Shown: positions 15,447 through 23,967 of the stretch, one piece after another
Position numbering within the stretch: the first letter of the stretch is position 1
Layout of the letters: the number at the start of each line of letters is the position of its first letter
Source: an uncultured archaeon
Lineage (GTDB): Archaea > Asgardarchaeota > Thorarchaeia > Thorarchaeales > Thorarchaeaceae
Reading direction: 5' to 3'
Assembly (NCBI GenBank): GCA_964354495.1
Contig: CAYHAA010000017.1
Coordinates: forward strand, 30,001-62,000
Length of the DNA: 32,000 nt
Position numbers and translations under genes: made by a program
The notes under the pieces: generated by a model
Seen by the model: only the letters and a program-made list of their open reading frames with translations
Databases searched by the model: none
What the model was told of the DNA's origin: nothing

Positions 15447-17450
15447 ATGACGGACGAATCACTCTTGAACCGTGCAATCAATACAATCCGATTTCTCTCC
15501 GCTGATGCGGTACAAAAGGCCAATTCTGGGCATCCCGGTATGCCAATGGGTGCTGCTGCAATGGCGTATGTTCTTTGGACCCGTCACCTTCGATTCAATC
15601 CCAAGAATCCTGACTGGTGGGATCGAGACAGATTCGTACTTTCGGGGGGACATGGATCAATGCTCCTGTATTCTCTTCTTCACTTGACGGGGTACGATGT
15701 CTCATTAGATGATATCAAGAACTTCAGGCAGTGGGAGAGTAAGACACCTGGACATCCAGAATGTTTCAGAACACCTGGTGTCGAAGTCACGACCGGGCCG
15801 CTGGGACAGGGATTTGCCAACTGTGTGGGCATGGCAATAGCAGAGGCACATCTATCGGCTGTCTTCAACAGGGAAGAGTACAAGGTGGTCAATCATAATA
15901 TCTACGGAATAGTGACTGATGGAGACCTCATGGAGGGAGTTTCCTCAGAGGCCGCTTCTCTTGCAGGGCATCTACGGCTAGGTAAGATCATACTGATGTA
16001 TGATGACAATCGAATCTCGATTGATGGCAGCACAGACTTGACATTCACTGAGGACCGAGGGGCAAGGTTTGAAGCATATGGCTGGCATGTTCAGAGGATT
16101 GCTGACGGAAATGATGTTGACCTAGTAGATTCGGCCATATCGAATGCGAAGAAGGATCCTCGTCCATCGCTGATAATCTGTAGAACCCATATCGGTTTTG
16201 GATTGCCCAAGAAGCAGGACAGCTCCAAAGCTCATGGTGAGCCCCCAGGGGAGGAGGAACTGGAGAGTGCCAAGAGAAACCTAGGCTGGCCTCTGCAGCC
16301 TCGTTTCTTCATACCTGATGATGTTCTTACTCACTTTCGAAAGGCTGTCAAGAAGGGAAAGAGCCTCGAATCAGAGTGGCAATCCAACTATTCTGCCTAT
16401 ACAAAGAAGTATCCCGATCTAGCAGAAGAACTCAAGAGACGCATGAAAGGAGAGCTAACCTCTGGTTGGGAAGATGCTCTTCCTACATTTCCGGCAGATG
16501 CAAAGGGGATGGCAACGCGAGCGGCATCTGGAAAGGTAATCAATGCTCTTGCAATGAAGCTTCCCGAACTCATCGGCGGCTCCGCGGACCTCACGCCTTC
16601 GAACAAGTCGTGGATTGATGATAGTCCCTCCTTTCAGGCGGTATCTTTGTCTGGTCGGAACATACACTATGGAGTTCGGGAGCACGCGATGGGAGGTGCC
16701 GTGAATGGCATGGCTGCCCACGGAGGAGTCATTCCGTTTGCAGCCACATTTCTGATGTTCTCAGACTATATGCGGCCAGCAATACGACTCTCTGCGTTGT
16801 CAGGGCACCGGAGCATTTGGGTATTCACTCATGACAGCATTGGCGTCGGGGAGGACGGTCCTACTCATCAGCCTGTAGAACACTTTGCTGCACTTCGTGC
16901 AATTCCAAATCTTACAGTTGTGAGACCCGGTGATGCAAATGAGGTGGTGGAAGCATGGAGAGTCGCAATCTCCAATAGAAAGGGTCCAACTCTTCTGGCA
17001 TTGACCAGGCAAAACGTACCAGTCCTAGACCGGAGTAAATATGCTGCTGCTACTGGACTGAAAAGAGGAGCATATGTGCTGGCAGACCTTGGCAAAGAAC
17101 CAGAAATAGTTCTAATGGCTTCGGGTTCAGAACTGGGAATAGTCGTTCAAGCTGGAGAGATGCTCCACTCGAAGGGCACTGCTGTACGTCTTGTGTCATT
17201 CCCAAGCTGGGAACTATTCAGAGCGCAGAGCCAAGACTACCGTGACTCAGTCCTTCCACCAAAAATGAAAAAACGCCTCGTCGTCGAAGCGGGAGTGGCT
17301 CAAGGGTGGGAGCGCTGGGCCGGAGAGAATGCGAGATATCTATGCATTGACAAATTTGGTGCCTCTGCGCCAGCAGAAGTCCTCTTTGAGAGGTACGGAT
17401 TCACTGTTGAGAACGTCGTGAAACGTGCTCAAGAACTACTCGCTGAATAA
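15447..17450 (+). CDS. tkt: Transketolase, single-chain form
   Basis: [27 protein letters not shown] motif GDGDLMEG...[24 protein letters not shown]. Likely start is ATG 15447 (the track starts at 15402). Confidence 0.97.
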   Translation: MTDESLLNRAINTIRFLSADAVQKANSGHPGMPMGAAAMAYVLWTRHLRFNPKNPDWWDRDRFVLSGGHGSMLLYSLLHLTGYDVSLDDIKNFRQWESKTPGHPECFRTPGVEVTTGPLGQGFANCVGMAIAEAHLSAVFNREEYKVVNHNIYGIVTDGDLMEGVSSEAASLAGHLRLGKIILMYDDNRISIDGSTDLTFTEDRGARFEAYGWHVQRIADGNDVDLVDSAISNAKKDPRPSLIICRTHIGFGLPKKQDSSKAHGEPPGEEELESAKRNLGWPLQPRFFIPDDVLTHFRKAVKKGKSLESEWQSNYSAYTKKYPDLAEELKRRMKGELTSGWEDALPTFPADAKGMATRAASGKVINALAMKLPELIGGSADLTPSNKSWIDDSPSFQAVSLSGRNIHYGVREHAMGGAVNGMAAHGGVIPFAATFLMFSDYMRPAIRLSALSGHRSIWVFTHDSIGVGEDGPTHQPVEHFAALRAIPNLTVVRPGDANEVVEAWRVAISNRKGPTLLALTRQNVPVLDRSKYAAATGLKRGAYVLADLGKEPEIVLMASGSELGIVVQAGEMLHSKGTAVRLVSFPSWELFRAQSQDYRDSVLPPKMKKRLVVEAGVAQGWERWAGENARYLCIDKFGASAPAEVLFERYGFTVENVVKRAQELLAE

Positions 17451-17562
17451 GTGTGATGAAGGCCCCATGAATCTTTAGAAGCATTCATAAAACTTCTATG
17501 AGCATTTACAGGTCTTATAGGTCCAATTAGCACCCTAAAACCCGTTGCTAGTCAATATTGGC

Positions 17563-17570
17563 TATATATA
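17563..17570 (+). promoter_or_regulatory. TATA box of the secreted-protein gene
   Basis: TATATATA 30 nt upstream of ATG 17600; SD GGTGA at 17591-17595. Confidence 0.55.
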
Positions 17571-17599
17571 CTGAATTCGCAGTGGTTCTTGGTGATCTA

Positions 17600-18550
17600 A
17601 TGGACACTTACAAGAAAACCATCCTAGCAACCCTCGCATTGCTGATTGTGGGTATTGGTGTACCCCTAGCAGCTGCTCAGGGGAATAGCGTAGAGTATCA
17701 GTATTCAGCAGGTATTGTGACTCTGACTACAGATGATATCTCTATCAAAGTAACAGGCAATAATCAGGCTCCACACTTTCACTGGTGGGATCCCAATACG
17801 CCGGCAGTCGACTATCACGTCGTCTTTGTGAAGATGTTTGAGGCCAACGATACCAACGCAGATGGTGTCTACACTAATGGTACAGACAGAATCATCGGTG
17901 CTCCACTTGCCCTACCAAGTATCGGATGGGAGTTCAGTGGCTTTGAAGTTGAAGAGGAGGGTGGAAACACCACGGCTGTTCACTTCAATTTCACGACTAT
18001 CACAGAGTTCAATCCACGTCCTGAAGGCGCAGGAATGGACTATGGCAGTCTGCCGAACCTTCCGTCATTCAATGTTACAATTGAGGTAAGAGTCCATCTC
18101 TATTTGTCCACACCGGGCGAGATGAAGTTCGACCTTATTGTAGGAGGATGGCAATGGACCTATGAGGACTCCATTCTAGTGCTTCAGTTCAATCTGACTC
18201 AGAGCAATCACGGCGAAGTCCAAGGCGACCAGGACCCTGCTGGATTCCACAAGACAGGTACCAAGTTCCAGTTCGAGAACGGGTACTTCGAGTACAATGA
18301 AACTGCTCTGGCAGCCAATAACTCGTTGCAGGTCATGGCCAGCTATGGAACAAGCACTGGTTTGGAGGCGGGTCAAGCAATCTATCTAGCGTTCGAGAAC
18401 TTCGGCAGTGACACGCTCGAGTACGATCCTATCCTTGGTATTGGCTCATCAACATCCACCGCCTTCGTACTGGACCCAATGACTTTGGCAATTATCGGCG
18501 GAGCTGTTGTAGTTCTTCTCCTCGTTGCAGTGATTATCAAGAAACGATAG
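17600..18550 (+). CDS. Secreted/surface protein with signal peptide and C-terminal TM anchor
   Basis: MDTYKKTILATLALLIVGIG signal peptide; beta-rich body with eight N-x-S/T sequons; C-terminal hydrophobic helix ending in KKR. Confidence 0.88.
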   Translation: MDTYKKTILATLALLIVGIGVPLAAAQGNSVEYQYSAGIVTLTTDDISIKVTGNNQAPHFHWWDPNTPAVDYHVVFVKMFEANDTNADGVYTNGTDRIIGAPLALPSIGWEFSGFEVEEEGGNTTAVHFNFTTITEFNPRPEGAGMDYGSLPNLPSFNVTIEVRVHLYLSTPGEMKFDLIVGGWQWTYEDSILVLQFNLTQSNHGEVQGDQDPAGFHKTGTKFQFENGYFEYNETALAANNSLQVMASYGTSTGLEAGQAIYLAFENFGSDTLEYDPILGIGSSTSTAFVLDPMTLAIIGGAVVVLLLVAVIIKKR

Positions 18551-18564
18551 AAGTAGTCTGTCTT

Positions 18565-18599
18565 GGAAGCAGTTCTCCTGCTTCCTCTCTCCTTTTTCC
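18565..18599 (+). terminator. Hairpin plus pyrimidine/T tract
   Basis: GGAAGCAG/CTGCTTCC 8-bp stem with 5-nt loop, followed by TCTCTCCTTTTTCC, 15 nt after the stop. Confidence 0.6.
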
Positions 18600-18664
18600 G
18601 AGAAAACTCCTCTTCAGAAGTCTTTAGTATAGACGTAATATTCTTACGAGCAAGGGTAGCCCTA

Positions 18665-19090
18665 ATGGATGGTGCTCAAGTGCAAGAATCTTTTGATAGT
18701 GTTGTGAAGGGATGGTCTGAAGAGATATGGGATCTTGAAAAGTTCCATAAAATCACTGATGATATCAACAAAACGCTGATTGACATGGGTCATGGCAGCT
18801 CTCAAGTCGGAATCGCACTGAACAAACTCTGGACCTTTATGGATCAGATGATGTCCTCTTTTGGACTGATTATGACGGATGAAGAAATGCAAATGGATTT
18901 CATTGCATTGCTTAAGAAAGAGAACTTCGATGCGCTGCATGAAATCAAGGTTGAAGTCAATGGAAACACTGCAGTCATTGTGAATCTGAGGGAACTGAAG
19001 AAGACACACGACCCCGAAGCAGCAAGGCACGCAAGGATGAAGAAGTCTTTCGATGATTTCATGCCGACTTCTGGCCGCCGACCAAAGTAG
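18665..19090 (+). CDS. Hypothetical helical protein
   Basis: Open frame with natural composition from ATG 18665; the track's 18563 start overlaps the terminator. Confidence 0.7.
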   Translation: MDGAQVQESFDSVVKGWSEEIWDLEKFHKITDDINKTLIDMGHGSSQVGIALNKLWTFMDQMMSSFGLIMTDEEMQMDFIALLKKENFDALHEIKVEVNGNTAVIVNLRELKKTHDPEAARHARMKKSFDDFMPTSGRRPK

Positions 19091-19169
19091 ACATCCTTCG
19101 GAGTGGGTGTATACCGAGGTCGATGAGATGCAGTAAATCCAAGGAACTAATGTACGCTAAAGGCAAAAG

Positions 19170-19192
19170 ATATATAGTTCGGTACCGAACTA
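19170..19192 (+). promoter_or_regulatory. TATA box overlapped by a perfect 18-bp palindrome (probable MarR operator)
   Basis: TAGTTCGGTACCGAACTA (19175-19192) is self-complementary and overlaps ATATATA (19170-19176) upstream of the PNPOx-like/MarR operon. Confidence 0.75.
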
Positions 19193-19219
19193 GTTGGACA
19201 GTGTCGGAGCTGAGTCATC

Positions 19220-19684
19220 ATGAATGAAAAGGCAATCAAGGAACTGTGCCGCAATCTCTTGGAAAAGGGTTGGCCAGCCTACGTCACAACAGTTGACAGG
19301 AAAGGGTTTCCACAGACAAGGGCTATGTTCAATCTCAGAAACAGGAGACACTTTCCGAAACTAATGAAGTTCTTTGAGGAACAGAAAGATGATTTCACAC
19401 TGATATTCACAACCAATACGTCCTCCACTAAAATGGATGACATCAAATTGAACAGGGCGGTTTCGGTGTACTACTGCGACCCAGATACATGGAGGGGAGT
19501 GATGTTCAGCGGTCTCATCGAGATTGTCAATGATTCTCTTACCAAGAGAGCAATTTGGCAGCCGGAGTGGAACAAGTACTACCCAGAGGAGTATGACGAT
19601 CCGGACCACACTGTTCTTCGCCTACTACCAACTATGGCGAAAGGATGGAGCGCTGCAGAAACGTTCATGCTGGAGTTGAGGTGA
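19220..19684 (+). CDS. Pyridoxamine 5'-phosphate oxidase-like FMN-binding split-barrel protein (general stress protein 26-like)
   Basis: YVTTVDRKGFPQTRAM, FTTNTSSTKM, NRAVSVYY, DPDHTVLRL. Confidence 0.88.
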   Translation: MNEKAIKELCRNLLEKGWPAYVTTVDRKGFPQTRAMFNLRNRRHFPKLMKFFEEQKDDFTLIFTTNTSSTKMDDIKLNRAVSVYYCDPDTWRGVMFSGLIEIVNDSLTKRAIWQPEWNKYYPEEYDDPDHTVLRLLPTMAKGWSAAETFMLELR

Positions 19685-19690
19685 TCTAAG

Positions 19691-20155
19691 GTGATGTCGC
19701 AGAGAGCAGGTGGTTTTCTAATCACACAGATTCACCACCTAGGAAGAAGAGTGTTCACAGAACTTCTGAGGAAGCAGGAAATAGAGATAGGACCAGGGCA
19801 AGGCAGAATCCTATTTGCACTATGGCAGAGAGATGGTGTCCCAATCAACGATTTGGTCGAGAGGACCCTCCTAAGGAAATCTACGCTGAGTGAACTACTG
19901 GATAATCTAGAGAAAGCAGGATATGTCCGCCGAGAGCAGTCTGAAGAAGACCGAAGGAAGATTCTGATTAGATTGACAGAGAGAACGCAAAAGCTTCAGA
20001 AGGTGTACATCAATCTCTCTGTCGAGATGACAAAACTGTTCTACAAGGGGTTCACTGATGAGGAGATCGATGAGTTCGAAGCACTCCTCCATAGAATCCT
20101 GGACAATCTCCTTCCGCATGATTCCGAAGGGAATCTAGAGGAGGAAGTGCCCTAA
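19691..20155 (+). CDS. MarR-family transcriptional regulator
   Basis: QGRILFALW...LRKSTLSELLDNLEKAGYVRREQSEEDRRKILIRLT. Confidence 0.93.
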   Translation: MMSQRAGGFLITQIHHLGRRVFTELLRKQEIEIGPGQGRILFALWQRDGVPINDLVERTLLRKSTLSELLDNLEKAGYVRREQSEEDRRKILIRLTERTQKLQKVYINLSVEMTKLFYKGFTDEEIDEFEALLHRILDNLLPHDSEGNLEEEVP

Positions 20156-20235
20156 TCGATAGTCTTGGATGAACCTATTGAGACGTCTTTATGTAGCAGT
20201 AATGGCAGACGAGATTCCGTCTAGGTGAGTATTAG

Positions 20236-21807
20236 ATGAGCTCTGACGATGATTCATTGACACAGGACCAGAGAGAACTGGGCCTGCGCAAGATGACATG
20301 GCAGGGTATAACATCACAGGTCAGGATGACGCTCACTGAGAGCGTGTTTCTTGTCGGATTTGCTGTTGTCGTATTGAATGCCCCGAACACACTGATTGGC
20401 ATACTGGCAGCTATTCCGTTCCTAGCTCAGCTTCTTCAGATTCCTTCGGTCTACTTAATTCACAGAGCAGGCAAGAGAAAAATCATCAATGTTGTTACTC
20501 AACTGGGAAACAGATTAGCAATCTTGGGAATGGTGTTGATTCCCTTTCTCTCAGTTTCTGATGTCCGTCTTGTTCTCCTAGTCGTCTTCGTGGCAATTCA
20601 AGCCATCTTCAATGCTATAGGATCTCCGAGCTGGAACTCTTGGCTGAGAGACCTCGTACCAACCGATCGCTTGGGCAGATTCTTTTCGGTAAGGATGGCA
20701 GCAACAGGACTGGTCGCAATTATTGTATCTCTGCTTGGCGGTCAGTTCATCGGACTGTGGAATGAAGCATATAGCCAAGACCCAAGCATAGTATATTCAA
20801 TCCTCTTCTTTGTTGCCTTTGTATTTGGCATGATCGCAGTCTACTTCACGGCTACCACGCCCGAACCCAAACTGGTTGTTCCTGATCGGGGAATGAAGTT
20901 CTCACAGATTGTAGCAGAACCATTCAAAGATGACAACTTCAGGCAGCTAATATGGTTCTCAGTCGTATGGACATTCAGTACTGCCCTTGTTTCTCCATTC
21001 TTCACAGTCTATCTACTCACTCGCGCTGGACTGGACCTGCCCGCAATCACGATACTTGTCGCTGTTACCCAGTTTGTCAGCATTGCATTCTTCAGATTCT
21101 GGGGGCGACTCTCAGATAGATTCAGTAACAAATCCATTCTTCAGGTAGCATCCCCTCTCTTCATCATCAGCACAGTGATGTGGACCTTCACCGCAGTCGC
21201 GGACTTCTATTCTCTGAAAATTCCACTCCTGTTTCTAATACATGTTGTTTCTGGTTTTTCATCTGCGGGCATCAATCTTGCGACAAGCAATATTGGACTG
21301 AAACTTGCACCTAGGGGCGAAGCCACATCATATCTAGCATCTAGGGGAAGTGTTATGGCTGTAGCCGGAACCGCAGCTCCGCTGATTGGTGGAGCAGCTG
21401 CAGATATCTTCACAGAGTACGGATTCAGACTTGATCTCACATTTGAGTTTCCGGGGGGAAGCTTCAGCAACTTTCCAGCATATGATATCACAGGACTGGA
21501 TTTCATCTTCATCATTTCTGCCGTCATTGGATTCTATTCTTTGTATCGTTTGTCAAGGGTCAAGGAAACAGGTGAGGTGGAGGAACACATTGTAATAGAA
21601 GCCATCATGGAAGAAACGAGAAGAAATGTGAGGACACTATCGACTGTCGATGGATTACGGCACGCTTTTCACTTTCCAGTGTCCGAAGACTTAGATTCCA
21701 TAAGAAGAAGACGAAAGAAGAGAAACGTGATACAGAAGAAGACGGACGAAGAACTGAAGCAGACCTCTGAACATCCAGATGACAAGAATCATTCACAGGG
21801 CGCGTGA
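20236..21807 (+). CDS. MFS transporter
   Basis: About 12 TM segments; WLRDLVP-x-LGRFF and WGRLSDRFSNKSIL motifs; charged C-terminal tail. Confidence 0.9.
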   Translation: MSSDDDSLTQDQRELGLRKMTWQGITSQVRMTLTESVFLVGFAVVVLNAPNTLIGILAAIPFLAQLLQIPSVYLIHRAGKRKIINVVTQLGNRLAILGMVLIPFLSVSDVRLVLLVVFVAIQAIFNAIGSPSWNSWLRDLVPTDRLGRFFSVRMAATGLVAIIVSLLGGQFIGLWNEAYSQDPSIVYSILFFVAFVFGMIAVYFTATTPEPKLVVPDRGMKFSQIVAEPFKDDNFRQLIWFSVVWTFSTALVSPFFTVYLLTRAGLDLPAITILVAVTQFVSIAFFRFWGRLSDRFSNKSILQVASPLFIISTVMWTFTAVADFYSLKIPLLFLIHVVSGFSSAGINLATSNIGLKLAPRGEATSYLASRGSVMAVAGTAAPLIGGAAADIFTEYGFRLDLTFEFPGGSFSNFPAYDITGLDFIFIISAVIGFYSLYRLSRVKETGEVEEHIVIEAIMEETRRNVRTLSTVDGLRHAFHFPVSEDLDSIRRRRKKRNVIQKKTDEELKQTSEHPDDKNHSQGA

Positions 21808-21920
21808 TACAGCTTAGTCTGGAACCATGTCAAAGTCGTTTCGCTATCACCCAACATATGAGCGGCTCTCTTACAAAACTGATCGAGAGGATAGGGAGCT
21901 TCCACAATGATTCAGGAGAT

Positions 21921-22814
21921 CTATCTTGGATCTAATGTCCAACTTCGCTCGTCAATCAAGTATTTGGTGTTACGTCCTAGATTGTATACACGTTTCAAGG
22001 CCTTGTCAGCATCATAGTACCAGAGAGTCCTTGCAAGAGTCCATTTGAATTTGAGAATGCGATAACGTCGTAATGCAGCTGCTGACTTCTTCCTGAGACT
22101 GTCTGTAGAAACCTCTGGATTCTTGCTCAACTCACGAAGATTCTGAAGTCTGGATTCAATGGAAAGCAAATCCCTAGTGATAGTTCTCTCAATTGCCTCC
22201 TTGATCTGTGCTGCATCCAGTGGATCTACTAACTTTAGTCGCGACCACCGCTTGGAACTTGCTCCCATCAATTTGAGTTGATGATTGAATTCTTTCGAGT
22301 CTAGCAATGAATGCTCTTTTTCCTCATCAAGCACTCTTCTGCGCTCTTTGGAACGAAGCACGGGGAAGAGGAGAACCCCAGGTCTAAGTCGAATTGCTGC
22401 TGACCTTCTTATGAGGCGCTCAACACGCTTCTTCTGTTTCGCCGTGGGGCTATTGAAATTGTAAGTCACTATCGAATATGCTCGATAAGCATGAGGATCA
22501 TCGAGCCGATCCTTTCTTCTTGGTATCTCGCGGGTCCGGATGAAAGAGAGCGTGGGTATGGACTGAAGAATATCTGTGTACGGCCCCGTATTAGACCCTG
22601 CGATGAAGAGACCCTTTCTGACTCTCACAAAATCGTTGTACTGTCTGAGTCTTTTTGAAACTCCTTTGATTCCCTCTTTCGACCCAAGAAGTACAATCAG
22701 CTGCGATGTGCCCTTCAGATCCTGCCGTTCAAGATTGATGCTCTCAGTGTTTAGCTCGTTCACGACTGCTGAACCATCCATATTGGAGTCCGATTCTTGA
22801 CCCATGAAGTGCAC
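21921..22814 (-). CDS. Basic protein with ChrB-N/PaaX-central (Cas2-like ferredoxin-fold) pattern and a helical C-terminus
   Basis: YSIVTYNFNSPTAKQKKRVERLIRRSAAIRLRPGVLLFP follows the beta-alpha-beta pattern of PaaX/ChrB-N. The assignment is by eye. Confidence 0.65.
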   Translation of the reverse strand: MHFMGQESDSNMDGSAVVNELNTESINLERQDLKGTSQLIVLLGSKEGIKGVSKRLRQYNDFVRVRKGLFIAGSNTGPYTDILQSIPTLSFIRTREIPRRKDRLDDPHAYRAYSIVTYNFNSPTAKQKKRVERLIRRSAAIRLRPGVLLFPVLRSKERRRVLDEEKEHSLLDSKEFNHQLKLMGASSKRWSRLKLVDPLDAAQIKEAIERTITRDLLSIESRLQNLRELSKNPEVSTDSLRKKSAAALRRYRILKFKWTLARTLWYYDADKALKRVYNLGRNTKYLIDERSWTLDPR

Positions 22815-23034
22815 AAAAACCAGAGTGACACATAGATAGGATAGGCATAGTCGTTAAAATCTTTGTTGTGGCAACCTAATCATCTCAGTTCACGTAAATG
22901 AAGTTGATAGACCGTTTATTGATTTCTAATCCCTTCATACCATTCCTTTTAATGATTAGGGGGTTATGAAGTAGGAAATGTGCATTAGACATACTTTACA
23001 CATGTTGTTCATAACTATGTCAAGAGGTGAAGAA

Positions 23035-23115
23035 ATGGTCTTCGACGATGATGATTGGGACGACGATGACGAAGACTGGGACGACGATGATGATTTGGAC
23101 GACGATGATTTCTAG
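23035..23115 (+). CDS. 26-aa Asp-rich peptide (MVFDDDDWDDDDEDWDDDDDLDDDDF)
   Basis: SD GAGGTGA 4 nt before the ATG; the GAC/GAT codon mix stays in frame up to TAG. In-frame upstream ATGs at 23002 and 23017. Confidence 0.7.
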   Translation: MVFDDDDWDDDDEDWDDDDDLDDDDF

Positions 23116-23211
23116 TTCCATTCTGCATCGTTTCGTCACAGACCAATCAGCGGTCTGTACTAGTCACCTGAGCAACATCAACTAAGTGTACTAATGTATG
23201 GAGGTGACACA

Positions 23212-23313
23212 ATGGGAAGCAAGAAACCAATGACTAGAAAGCCGAAGAAGGGAGCAAAGGCGGCGCATAAAGAAGGACAGCCTGGGCCTAGTGAAGAGAA
23301 GCCCGCTGCATAG
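23212..23313 (+). CDS. 33-aa Lys-rich peptide (MGSKKPMTRKPKKGAKAAHKEGQPGPSEEKPAA)
   Basis: Ideal SD GGAGGTGA 4 nt before the ATG; followed by a structured element and a T tract. Confidence 0.65.
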   Translation: MGSKKPMTRKPKKGAKAAHKEGQPGPSEEKPAA

Positions 23314-23324
23314 TGCGGACAACT

Positions 23325-23396
23325 AGGGACTGGTGAGTCGGCTTTGTATGAAGTTCCAGTTCGCTGGAGGGACTCATCGGTCACCTTTCTTTTCTT
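23325..23396 (+). ncRNA. Structured RNA element (three-way junction) followed by a U-rich tract; terminator or 3' UTR element
   Basis: 15-bp outer stem (23325-23339 with 23371-23386; two G-U pairs, one bulge) enclosing two hairpins, one with a UUCG loop, then TTCTTTTCTT. Confidence 0.5.
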
Positions 23397-23485
23397 GTGA
23401 TAGATCTGCAGGAAGTACTTCGTGTTTCTTTGTTTTACATAATGCTAAAATCCTAGCTAGGCAGTCCTGCAGCAGACTGATTGAA

Positions 23486-23821
23486 ATGAACACTAGGAGG
23501 TATCCAGATTGTATCAAGGCTCTAGCGAGAGCTAGGGTTCCTTTGTCAGGAGTGCACGGTTGGGTCGCTCAAGGAAAAGAGTTCCAGATGGTGTTCTTTG
23601 AGATAGAATCAGGAGCGCAGGTCTCTCCACATAGCCATGGCGAGCAGTTCGGATATGTATTCGAAGGTGAGATAGTTCTCACAATTGGAGAGGACACTCG
23701 GACGTACAGAGGGGGAGATTCGTACCATATTCCAGCCGGAGTAGTTCATCAAGCAAAATTCATAACATTTGTCAGAGTGGTGGACTTCTTCTTGGAGCCG
23801 AATCGCTATAGAACTGAGTAG
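23486..23821 (+). CDS. Cupin-domain protein
   Basis: PHSHGEQFGYVFEG and YHIPAGVVH metal-binding motifs. Likely start is ATG 23486. Confidence 0.9.
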   Translation: MNTRRYPDCIKALARARVPLSGVHGWVAQGKEFQMVFFEIESGAQVSPHSHGEQFGYVFEGEIVLTIGEDTRTYRGGDSYHIPAGVVHQAKFITFVRVVDFFLEPNRYRTE

Positions 23822-23967
23822 AGTAGACTCATGATGCCTTGGAGAAATATACCTATGGCATCAATATGACCAGGCTGTTTCGAAATGACAGGTAGAATGA
23901 ACTTGGTACGGTATCAAAACACTTTAACCAGACAATTAGACGTAGCGGCAGTAGGAAGGACAAGGCT

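Noticed and set aside
23041-23112. CRISPR array or simple microsatellite
   Set aside because: No constant repeat with unique spacers; the periodicity is explained by Asp codons of one ORF.
23230-23275. SRP RNA helix 8 (GAAGGGAGCAA)
   Set aside because: The complementary CAGGCCC arm is missing, and the segment reads as Lys-rich codons of an ORF with a strong SD.
23325-23386. SECIS element or RNase P RNA fragment
   Set aside because: AUGA is present but the apical AA and the long second stem are not; no in-frame UGA gene lies upstream; GAAGTTCC lacks the rest of the RNase P P4 consensus.
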